From the NCBI GenBank assembly GCA_041492755.1, contig JBGPXN010000137.1, positions 1 to 12,274 of the forward strand: 12,274 bases of DNA. The letters run 5' to 3'. The notes beneath the pieces are model-generated. The model made no database searches. It was given only the letters and a program-made list of their open reading frames with translations, and had not been told where the DNA came from. Numbering within the stretch: position 1 is the stretch's first letter; each line of letters starts with the position of its first letter. This DNA comes from Candidatus Methylomirabilia bacterium (GTDB lineage: Bacteria; Methylomirabilota; Methylomirabilia; Rokubacteriales; CSP1-6). The translations under genes and the position numbers were made by a program. Below are positions 1-6,855 of this stretch, one piece after another.

Positions 1-15
1 GCGCGTGCGGCCCGG

Positions 16-31
16 TGGTCCGGTCGTTGCT
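16..31 (+). promoter_or_regulatory. Putative sigma-54 (-24/-12) promoter for the CBS gene
   Basis: TGGTCCGGTCGTTGCT has exact GG-N10-GC spacing and a TTGCT -12 box; it lies 35 bp upstream of ATG 66. Confidence 0.6.
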
Positions 32-65
32 GATCACCGAGAGCAATCGGTGGAAGGAGTCAGGG

Positions 66-500
66 ATGCGGCACACGCCGGGCGATCCTGGACAATATCC
101 GGTACACGAGACCGCGGCGCCCCTCTACGTCCGCGACCGCATGTCGCGGCCGGCGATCACGATCACGGCGCAGGCATTGGTCGATGACGGCCTGCGCCTC
201 ATGGCGCGGTGCCGGATCCACTATCTGCCCGTGGTCGGGGACGAGGCTCGTCTCGTCGGCATCGTGAACGCCGACGATCTGCGCCCCCACGGGCAAGCCG
301 GCGCGCCGGCCGAGCAGACGATCGAGTCCATCATGTGCCGCCCGGTCGTGTTCGTCGCGATGGACACGACCATCGGTGATGCGGTTCGTCTGATGGCCAG
401 CTCCGGAGTCGGCGCGCTGCCGGTCGTCGACGACGATCGCGTCGTCGGCATTCTCACGCAGAGCGACGCGGTGGGAACGCTGGCGCGGGATCGTTCGTGA
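66..500 (+). CDS. CBS domain-containing protein (one Bateman pair), 144 aa
   Basis: Two CBS repeats (VRDRMSRP..IHYLPVV..LVGIV; IESIMCRP..VGALPVVDDDRVVGILTQSD). ATG 66 is preferred over GTG 15 because of SD GAAGGAG at 53-59 and because GTG 15 falls in the promoter motif. Confidence 0.88.
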   Translation: MRHTPGDPGQYPVHETAAPLYVRDRMSRPAITITAQALVDDGLRLMARCRIHYLPVVGDEARLVGIVNADDLRPHGQAGAPAEQTIESIMCRPVVFVAMDTTIGDAVRLMASSGVGALPVVDDDRVVGILTQSDAVGTLARDRS

Positions 501-654
501 CCTTGAGCGCCGGCGCCTCGCCATCGGTCGCCGGCCCGTGACCGTTCCGAGGGGTGTCGGGCCGCTGGTCACGAGCGCCACGCGCTGGGGCGGCCGTGCA
601 GCACCCCGATCGTGACGCCGCCGACTATGTGCGCGGATTCTCGCATGCCTGGCG

Positions 655-670
655 CGGCACGTGAGTTGCT
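655..670 (+). promoter_or_regulatory. Putative sigma-54 (-24/-12) promoter for the ftsH unit
   Basis: CGGCACGTGAGTTGCT is a near-perfect match to TGGCACG-N4-TTGCW, 50 bp upstream of GTG 720. Confidence 0.75.
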
Positions 671-719
671 GTATCCCCGCTCGTGAGAGCTTCCAGGAAT
701 CGAGGGCGAGGCTGAGCCG

Positions 720-2585
720 GTGGAGGCCAAGCAAACGAAGTTCTCCATCGGCTACTTGATCGCGACCCTCATCGCGATCCTGCTGCTCCAGTGGCTCGTC
801 TTCGCGCCGCACGCCGAGAACCTGAGCTACAGCGAGTTCAAGACACTCGTGAAGAAAGGCAAGGTTGGCGACCTCGTCCTCGACAAGCAGGTCATCACCG
901 GCACGCTCGCCGCGGAAGGGCTGGAGGGATTGCTCCCCAAGGAGAAGATCGACGAGCTGAAGCGCCACGGCGGGGGCACTCATCGTTTCACCACGGGGCG
1001 CGTCGACGACCCGGGGCTCGTCGCCGAGCTCGAGGCGGCGAACGTGAAGTTCACCGGGCGCGTGGAGAACACCTGGCTCTCCGCACTGCTCTCCTGGGTC
1101 CTGCCCGCCGTCGTGTTCATGGGCGTGTGGGTCTTCGTGATGCGCCGGATGACGGGCGCCCGGGGTGATCTCCTCGCGGTCGGGAAGAGCAAGGCCAAGG
1201 TCTACGTGGCGCACAGCACGGGGGTGACGTTCGACGACGTGGCGGGCATCGACGAGGCCCGGAGCGAGCTGATGGAGATCGTGGACTTCCTCAAGGCGCC
1301 CGAGCGCTACCAGCGGCTGGGCGGCAAGATTCCCAAGGGCGTCCTCATCGTGGGCGCGCCCGGCACGGGCAAGACACTGCTCGCGAAGGCGGTCGCCGGG
1401 GAAGCCGGCGTGCCCTTCCTGAGCCTCACCGGCTCGGAGTTCGTGGAGATGTTCGTCGGGGTCGGCGCCGCGCGGGTCCGGGATCTCTTCGCCCAGGCCC
1501 AGGAGAAGGCGCCCAGCATCATCTTCATCGACGAGCTGGATGCGCTCGGCAAGGCGCGCGGCGTGAGTCCGGTGGTCGGCGGCCACGACGAGCGGGAGCA
1601 GACGTTGAACCAGCTCCTCGCCGAGATGGACGGCTTCGATACCCAGAAGGGCGTCATCCTGCTGGCTGCCACCAACCGGCCCGAGATCCTCGATCCTGCG
1701 CTCCTGCGGCCCGGACGCTTCGACCGCCAGGTCGTGATCGACCGGCCCGACGTGAAGGGCCGCGAGAAGATCCTGCAGGTCCACACCCGCAAGGTGAAGC
1801 TGTCGCCCGGTCTCGACCTGTCCGTGATCGCCGCGCGCACGCCCGGGTTCGTCGGCGCCGACCTCGCAAACGCGGTGAACGAAGCGGCCCTCCGCGCCGC
1901 CCGGCAGGACAAGGCCGCGGTCGACATGACCGACTTCGACGAGGCGATCGATCGCCAGGTCGCCGGGCTGGAGCGCAAATCCCGCGTCATCAATCCCAAG
2001 GAGAAGGAGATCATCGCCTACCACGAGGCGGGGCACGCGCTCGTCGCCGAGTCGCGTCCCCACGCGGATCGGGTCGCGAAGGTCTCGATTATTCCCCGCG
2101 GCGTGGCCGCGCTCGGCTACACGCAGCAGCGGCCGACCGAGGACCGCTATCTCATGACGCGCGCGGAGCTGCTCGATCGGCTTGACGTCCTGCTCGGTGG
2201 CCGGGTGGCGGAAGAGCTGATCTTCGGCGACGTCTCCACCGGCGCGCAGGACGACCTCCAGCGGGCCACAGACATCGCGCGCCACATGATCACCCGCTAC
2301 GGGATGAGCGAGGCGCTCGGGCTGGCGGCGTTCGAGCCGCCCCGGCAGGCGTTGTTCCTTCCGGTCGCCGAGCGTGGGCCCAGGGAGTACAGCGAGCGCA
2401 CCGCCGAGGCGATCGACGCCGAGATCCAGAAGCTGCTCGAGGCGGCCCATGGCCGCGTCCGCGAGACCCTGACCGCGAAGCGCGCGACGCTCGAGGCGCT
2501 GGCGAAGTGCCTCATCGAGAAGGAGGTCGTCGATCGGGAGGCGCTCGCAAAGCTGATCGCCGAGCACCCGACGGCCGAGTCATGA
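720..2585 (+). CDS. ftsH: ATP-dependent zinc metalloprotease FtsH, 621 aa
   Basis: Two N-terminal TM segments, Walker A GAPGTGKT, pore motif FVG, Walker B IIFIDE, SRH ([20 protein letters not shown]), zinc site HEAGH and downstream GGRVAEE / GAQDDL. Confidence 0.97.
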   Translation: MEAKQTKFSIGYLIATLIAILLLQWLVFAPHAENLSYSEFKTLVKKGKVGDLVLDKQVITGTLAAEGLEGLLPKEKIDELKRHGGGTHRFTTGRVDDPGLVAELEAANVKFTGRVENTWLSALLSWVLPAVVFMGVWVFVMRRMTGARGDLLAVGKSKAKVYVAHSTGVTFDDVAGIDEARSELMEIVDFLKAPERYQRLGGKIPKGVLIVGAPGTGKTLLAKAVAGEAGVPFLSLTGSEFVEMFVGVGAARVRDLFAQAQEKAPSIIFIDELDALGKARGVSPVVGGHDEREQTLNQLLAEMDGFDTQKGVILLAATNRPEILDPALLRPGRFDRQVVIDRPDVKGREKILQVHTRKVKLSPGLDLSVIAARTPGFVGADLANAVNEAALRAARQDKAAVDMTDFDEAIDRQVAGLERKSRVINPKEKEIIAYHEAGHALVAESRPHADRVAKVSIIPRGVAALGYTQQRPTEDRYLMTRAELLDRLDVLLGGRVAEELIFGDVSTGAQDDLQRATDIARHMITRYGMSEALGLAAFEPPRQALFLPVAERGPREYSERTAEAIDAEIQKLLEAAHGRVRETLTAKRATLEALAKCLIEKEVVDREALAKLIAEHPTAES

Positions 2586-2782
2586 GCCTGTGCGCGTTCT
2601 GCGGTGTGCAACTGTCCGGGCGCGAGAGCTTCTGTCACCACCACGAGCAACTGGTCGAGCGCGGCTGGGCGGCGGTCAACCGGGTGATGTGCGACTTGTT
2701 CCACCGCGGGATCGACCCCCCACGACTGAACGTCGCCGACCGCGACGAAGGTGACCGCGAGCCCAGGGGCGAGGCGGCGTGA
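2582..2782 (+). CDS. Small Cys/His-rich hypothetical protein (putative zinc finger), 66 aa
   Basis: ATGA overlap with the ftsH stop codon; sequence [21 protein letters not shown]...MCDLFHRG carries CxxC-x10-CxxH plus CxxxH. Confidence 0.7.
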   Translation: MSLCAFCGVQLSGRESFCHHHEQLVERGWAAVNRVMCDLFHRGIDPPRLNVADRDEGDREPRGEAA

Positions 2783-2858
2783 TGCCGGCGGTCCACCGTG
2801 AGTAAGAAATTCCCTCACATTCTCTGAGCGCCACTCACGACTTCGCCAGGAGGCCGTC

Positions 2859-3290
2859 ATGAAGCCGTTACCCCATCGCTACGAGGTGCGAATCGCCGGC
2901 GGACCGGAAGGCCATGCGACGCTCAAGAGCGCCGGCGTGCCCGACCTCCGCACGGCGCCGCCGATCGACTTCGACGGCCCCGGCGATGCGTGGAGCCCCG
3001 AGCATCTCCTGCTCGCCGCGGTCGAGGCTTGCTTCCTGCTGACGTTCAGGGCCGTCGCGGCGGCGTCGAGGATCGAGTTCGCGTCGATGGTGGTGGAGGG
3101 CGAGGGCATCGTGGACCGGCGGGAGGGCGTGACGAGATTCACGGAGATCGTGCTGCGGCCGCGGGTGACGCTGCCGGCGGGCGCCGACTGGGTCCGCGTC
3201 AAGAACGCGCTCCAGAAGGCGGAGCAGACCTGCCTCATCTCGGCCTCGCTCGACACGCCGATCAGGCTCGAGTCCGAGATCGCGGGCTGA
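2859..3290 (+). CDS. OsmC/Ohr family protein, 143 aa
   Basis: PPIDFDGPGDAWSPEHLLLAAVEAC and C-terminal CLISASL retain both family cysteines; SD AGGAGG just upstream. Confidence 0.9.
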   Translation: MKPLPHRYEVRIAGGPEGHATLKSAGVPDLRTAPPIDFDGPGDAWSPEHLLLAAVEACFLLTFRAVAAASRIEFASMVVEGEGIVDRREGVTRFTEIVLRPRVTLPAGADWVRVKNALQKAEQTCLISASLDTPIRLESEIAG

Positions 3291-3347
3291 GCGCCACCGA
3301 TCGCCAGCCGGGTGACAGCGAGCAATAGGAGCGCCCAGGAGGACGCG

Positions 3348-3491
3348 ATGAAGACGACGGTGGAACGCATCAGGGGACGCGTCGTCGAGATCGAAGTCGG
3401 CGAAGCGAAGGGACTCGGCTGGGTTGCGGTGGGCATCGTGAAGACGGGCCTCGATCGGCTGAGGGCCGAGATCGAGGCCCAGCTGGCGTGA
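3348..3491 (+). CDS. Small hypothetical protein, 47 aa (below ORF-track cut-off)
   Basis: SD AGGAGG 5 nt before ATG 3348; MKTTVERIRGRVVEIEVGEAKGLGWVAVGIVKTGLDRLRAEIEAQLA with GC-rich third positions; ends TGA TGA. Confidence 0.65.
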   Translation: MKTTVERIRGRVVEIEVGEAKGLGWVAVGIVKTGLDRLRAEIEAQLA

Positions 3492-3618
3492 TGAACGGCA
3501 CGTCGGCGAGTGGGATGCCGCACCCACCTGGGTAGGCACTGCCGCCTCAGGCTTCGCAGCCAAGTCGCGGTCCTCGACAAGGCTTCTGGGAAATCAGGAC
3601 GTTTGCTCGCGATAGCCG

Positions 3619-3634
3619 TGGCATCGCGGTTGCT
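3619..3634 (+). promoter_or_regulatory. Putative sigma-54 (-24/-12) promoter for hsp20
   Basis: TGGCATCGCGGTTGCT with exact GG-N10-GC spacing, 45 bp upstream of ATG 3679; an IHF-like AATCAGGACGTTT lies at 3592-3604. Confidence 0.75.
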
Positions 3635-3678
3635 CCATCCGTTGACGGCATCGATCGATCGACAAGGAGGAACGAATC

Positions 3679-4125
3679 ATGGCACTGGAGCTGTGGCGAC
3701 CGCGACTGATGCGAGGTCCGCTTCGCGAACTGGAGCGTGAGATGCAGGAGATGCTCACGCGATTGCCGGGCTGGCCGTGGGGCGAGCGGGAGCAGATCTG
3801 GGCCCCCGCGGTCGACATGATCGACCGGAAGGAGGAGATCGTCCTCCGGGCCGATCTGCCGGGCCTCGATGAGAAGGACATCGATGTGAACGTCCAGGAC
3901 GGCGTGCTCACCATCCGCGGCGAGCGGAAGGAAGAAAAGGAGGAGAAGAAGGAGGATTACTACTACGCCGAGCGCCGCTACGGCGCCTTCGCGCGCAGTC
4001 TGACCCTTCCGGCCGGCGTGGAGGCCGACAAGGTCAAGGCGACCTTCAAGAAGGGCGTGCTGGAGGTTCATCTGCCCAGGGCCAAAGAGGCGAAGGGCAA
4101 GAAGATCGAAGTGAAGGCCGAGTAA
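3679..4125 (+). CDS. Small heat shock protein, Hsp20/alpha-crystallin family, 148 aa
   Basis: PAVDM..ADLPG..GVLTIRGER..ERRYGAFARSLTLP..ATFKKGVLEVHLP and C-terminal IEV (IXI/V) motif; strong SD AAGGAGG. Confidence 0.96.
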   Translation: MALELWRPRLMRGPLRELEREMQEMLTRLPGWPWGEREQIWAPAVDMIDRKEEIVLRADLPGLDEKDIDVNVQDGVLTIRGERKEEKEEKKEDYYYAERRYGAFARSLTLPAGVEADKVKATFKKGVLEVHLPRAKEAKGKKIEVKAE

Positions 4126-4153
4126 CCGCGTCGGCTCTACGCATGGAGGGGAC

Positions 4154-4636
4154 ATGAAGACTCGTCTGTTCGTTGTGATGACGGTGCTGATGGTGCTGGG
4201 GCTGATGTCTGCGCCAGTGGTGGCGCAGGATTGCCCGCCGGAAGTCGTGAAGGCGCAGGAGATGCTGAAAAGCGTCTCGACCAAGATGAAGGCGTCGCGA
4301 CCGGCCAAGGCGCTGGCCGGCTCCCGCGGCCAGGACGTGCAAGCGCCGCGTGGTCAGGATGTACAGGCCCCGCGCGGTCAGGACGTGCAAGCGCCGCGTG
4401 GTCAGGACGTACAGGCTCCGCGCGGCCAGGATGTGCAAGCGCCGCGCGGCCAGGACGTGCAAGCGCCGCGTGGTCAGGATGTACAGGCCCCGCGGGCGGC
4501 GCAGCTCCGGTCCACGGCGTTCTCGAACGCCGGGCGACTCGTGAAGGAGGCGGAGGCGGCGTGCCGCGGGAAGGACAACGCGAGCGCAGCGGCCAATGCC
4601 AAGGCCGCCATCGAGCTGCTGAACTATCTGCTGTAG
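4154..4636 (+). CDS. Secreted hypothetical protein with 7 tandem RGQDVQAP repeats, 160 aa
   Basis: SD GGAGG; Sec-type signal peptide (MKTR + hydrophobic core + VVA|QD); repeats at residues 58-113 flanked by Ala/Lys-rich segments each carrying one Cys (C27, C137). Confidence 0.85.
   Translation: MKTRLFVVMTVLMVLGLMSAPVVAQDCPPEVVKAQEMLKSVSTKMKASRPAKALAGSRGQDVQAPRGQDVQAPRGQDVQAPRGQDVQAPRGQDVQAPRGQDVQAPRGQDVQAPRAAQLRSTAFSNAGRLVKEAEAACRGKDNASAAANAKAAIELLNYLL
4325..4492 (+). repeat. Intragenic tandem repeat, 7 x 24 bp
   Basis: Unit CGYGGYCAGGAYGTRCARGCNCCG; all variation is at synonymous sites; units 1-2 are identical to units 6-7. Confidence 0.97.
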
Positions 4637-4654
4637 GCGGTCCGGAGGCGATTT

Positions 4655-4707
4655 CGGAGAGCTCGGAGATCCTGGGGCGTCGCCGACATGGCGGCGCCCG
4701 CTCTCCG
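4655..4707. terminator. GC-rich hairpin between convergent 3' ends, possible terminator
   Basis: Inner stem GGGCGTCGCC (4675-4684) / GGCGGCGCCC (4690-4699); outer stem CGGAGAGC (4655-4662) / GCTCTCCG (4700-4707). No U-tract. Confidence 0.4.
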
Positions 4708-4722
4708 CGATCTGTCACCTCG

Positions 4723-4838
<116 letters not shown>

Positions 4839-4839
<1 letters not shown>

Positions 4840-4886
4840 TGTCGGAACATGTGCGCAAGGATTGTCCGGAGGTCAAATGGGTGGCC
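4839..4886 (+). pseudogene. 48-bp internal fragment of a GYD-domain gene homolog
   Basis: Encodes [16 protein letters not shown] versus [16 protein letters not shown] at 5563-5610; 43/48 nt identical. Confidence 0.85.
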
Positions 4887-5009
4887 GGCACGACAGGACG
4901 CGTCGCGGCGAATGTGGTTGGGGCGTCCCTGTCGCGCCTGAGGCGTCCTCGCCGCATCGCGGGAACAGGGCACGGGCCGTAAGGCCGTAGAAATGATGAA
5001 TCGGCAGCC

Positions 5010-5025
5010 TGGCACAGCCGGTGCA
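5010..5025 (+). promoter_or_regulatory. Putative sigma-54 (-24/-12) promoter
   Basis: TGGCACAGCCGGTGCA has a perfect TGGCAC -24 box, GG-N10-GC spacing and GTGCA at -12; 28 bp upstream of ATG 5053. Confidence 0.6.
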
Positions 5026-5052
5026 CCTCAGCGCCGCCTAAAGGGGATATTC

Positions 5053-5406
5053 ATGATCAGACGATCTGGCGTGGCCGCGGTGCTGGTGTCGATCCCGCTG
5101 TTCGCGGCGCCGGGACTTGCGCAGCAGCCAGCGTCGCCGCCGGGCAAGACCGGCAGCGAAGAGTCACTGGAGCTGAAGCAGACCGCGCCGGTTCCGCCGC
5201 GCGTCCCGGTCATCAGGCCTGAGCCCCAGTCCAAGGAGGCGATCGGCGAGGCCGGGAAGTCGGTCGAAGAACTGCAACGGCAGCAACGCGACGAGCAGCG
5301 CTTGCGGGAGGCGCAACCGCACCCGCCATCTCGTCCGGACCTTGACGAGAGCGTGAGAAGCGGCATTCAGGGCCGCGAGATCCAGAAGGCGTTGCCGCAG
5401 CCATGA
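5053..5406 (+). CDS. Secreted Pro/Gln/Glu-rich hypothetical protein, 117 aa
   Basis: SD AAGGGG at 5041-5046 favours ATG 5053 over 4993; this start exposes a signal peptide MIRRSGVAAVLVSIPLFAAPGLA|QQ; mature part is hydrophilic and low complexity. Confidence 0.75.
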   Translation: MIRRSGVAAVLVSIPLFAAPGLAQQPASPPGKTGSEESLELKQTAPVPPRVPVIRPEPQSKEAIGEAGKSVEELQRQQRDEQRLREAQPHPPSRPDLDESVRSGIQGREIQKALPQP

Positions 5407-5481
5407 AGCAATTCATGCTGCGAGAACAAGGACCGTGAATTCGCCCGGGAATGTCAGTCCGCAACAGGAGAGGAGCTCAAC

Positions 5482-5775
5482 ATGCCGACTTACATCGTAC
5501 TCACGCGGTTGACGCCCGACGCCGTGAAGACCCCCGGCGAGCTGAAGCGCTTGGAGCGGGCAGTGTCGGAGCATGTCCGCACGGATTGTCCCGAGGTGAA
5601 ATGGGTGGCCAACTACGCGATCCTGGGTCCCTGCGACTATCTCGACATCTTCGAGGCGCCGGACGAGACGACGGCGGCGAAGGTCCTGACGATCATCCGG
5701 TCCTACGGCCATGCTCAGACCGAAACGTGGACCGGTATCCCCTGGTCGCGCTTCGAGCTGGTGCTCCCCACGTGA
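5482..5775 (+). CDS. GYD domain-containing protein, 97 aa
   Basis: MPTYIVLTRLT...YAILGPCDYLDIFEAPDETTAAK...G.AQTETW pattern typical of the GYD family; SD GGAGAGGAG. Confidence 0.85.
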   Translation: MPTYIVLTRLTPDAVKTPGELKRLERAVSEHVRTDCPEVKWVANYAILGPCDYLDIFEAPDETTAAKVLTIIRSYGHAQTETWTGIPWSRFELVLPT

Positions 5776-5816
5776 GTGGACTCTAGCTCGACGGATTATC
5801 GGATGGAGGATTGATG

Positions 5817-6827
5817 ATGCCGTTGAGCGGCGAGCGTGAAGCTCAACGCCCTGGGCTCACCATCCGGCACGTGCTCGTGCCGCTGGACGGGTCAGCACTC
5901 GCTGAATGCGTCCTGCCGTGGGCCGTTGCCGTGGCGCACGTGTTTGGGGCGCACGTCACGCTCCTGGGCGTCCTCGAGACGCCCGCCGCCCGCGCCGCAA
6001 CGAGCCACGATCGCGACGCGGTGGAGTGGCAGATCCGGCGGGCGGAGGCCCACAGCCGCCTCGCGAAGCTCGACCGTGAGCTCAAGGCGTGCGGGCTGGC
6101 ATCCACGGTGGAACTGCTGGAAGGTCGGCCCGCCGAGCAGATCATCAACTTCACCAGGGATCACGCCGCGGATCTCGTGGTCCTGTCGAGCCACGGCGCA
6201 GGTGGTCTCAGTGGCTGGATCCTGAGCAGCACGGCGCAGAAGGTTGTCGCACGCGCGCACAGCTCGGTGCTCGTCGTTCCTGCGCACACCGCCGGAGCGC
6301 GCGCGGTCGGCGATCTCCGCTTCCACCGGATCTTCGTGCCCCTCGACTGCTCGCCCCGCGCGGAGTGCGTCCTGCCGCTGGCCACCGCGCTCGCCCGCGC
6401 GCACGACGCCGAGTTGATCGTCGCGCACGTCGCGCCCGAGCCCGAGATGCCCCGACGCATGCCGCCGTCCGCAGAGGACCTCGCGATCGCCGCGCAGCTC
6501 ACCGAGCGCAACCGTCTGGAAGGTGAACGGTACCTCGGTGAAGTGCGCAGCCGCCTGACCGGGCCGACGCTGCGAGTCAGCGCGCGCATCGTGGTGTCGT
6601 CCCGGAGGGTGTCAGCCATCCGGGGGCTCGCCGACGAGGTCGACGCCGATCTGATCGTGGCTTGCGCCCACGGCAGGACCGGCGATCCCGGCGAACGCTA
6701 CGGCAGCACCGTCGCCGGGCTTCTCGCGGAAAGCAGGCGGCCGATCATCGTGCTGCAGGACCTGGGCGAGGCCGCTCGGGAGCCGACGCCCGCCGAAGAG
6801 GCGGCGCAGAGCCGTCCGGGCCACTGA
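5817..6827 (+). CDS. Universal stress protein with two tandem USP domains
   Basis: HVLVPLDGS..GRPAEQII..DLVVLSSHG..STAQKVV..SVLVVP, then RIFVPLDCS..DLIVACAHGRTG..GST..PIIVL. SD GGAGG at 5805-5809; start could be 5811, 5814 or 5817. Confidence 0.93.
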   Translation: MPLSGEREAQRPGLTIRHVLVPLDGSALAECVLPWAVAVAHVFGAHVTLLGVLETPAARAATSHDRDAVEWQIRRAEAHSRLAKLDRELKACGLASTVELLEGRPAEQIINFTRDHAADLVVLSSHGAGGLSGWILSSTAQKVVARAHSSVLVVPAHTAGARAVGDLRFHRIFVPLDCSPRAECVLPLATALARAHDAELIVAHVAPEPEMPRRMPPSAEDLAIAAQLTERNRLEGERYLGEVRSRLTGPTLRVSARIVVSSRRVSAIRGLADEVDADLIVACAHGRTGDPGERYGSTVAGLLAESRRPIIVLQDLGEAAREPTPAEEAAQSRPGH

Positions 6828-6855
6828 GCCGGGCGCCCGGTCGCGACTGACCGTC

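Noticed and set aside
60..2567. 835-aa minus-strand ORF
   Set aside because: Antisense shadow of ftsH and the CBS gene, expected from high-GC codon bias; no recognisable motifs.
2507..2581. N-terminal extension of the 91-aa ORF 2507-2782
   Set aside because: Lies wholly inside ftsH; ATG 2582 with the ATGA overlap is the more plausible start.
4325..4492. 24-bp repeats as a CRISPR array
   Set aside because: Units are directly adjacent with no spacers, are in frame, vary only synonymously, and no cas genes are present.
4993..5052. Upstream start ATG 4993 for the second secreted protein
   Set aside because: It would bury the signal peptide and span the sigma-54 motif; ATG 5053 has an SD.
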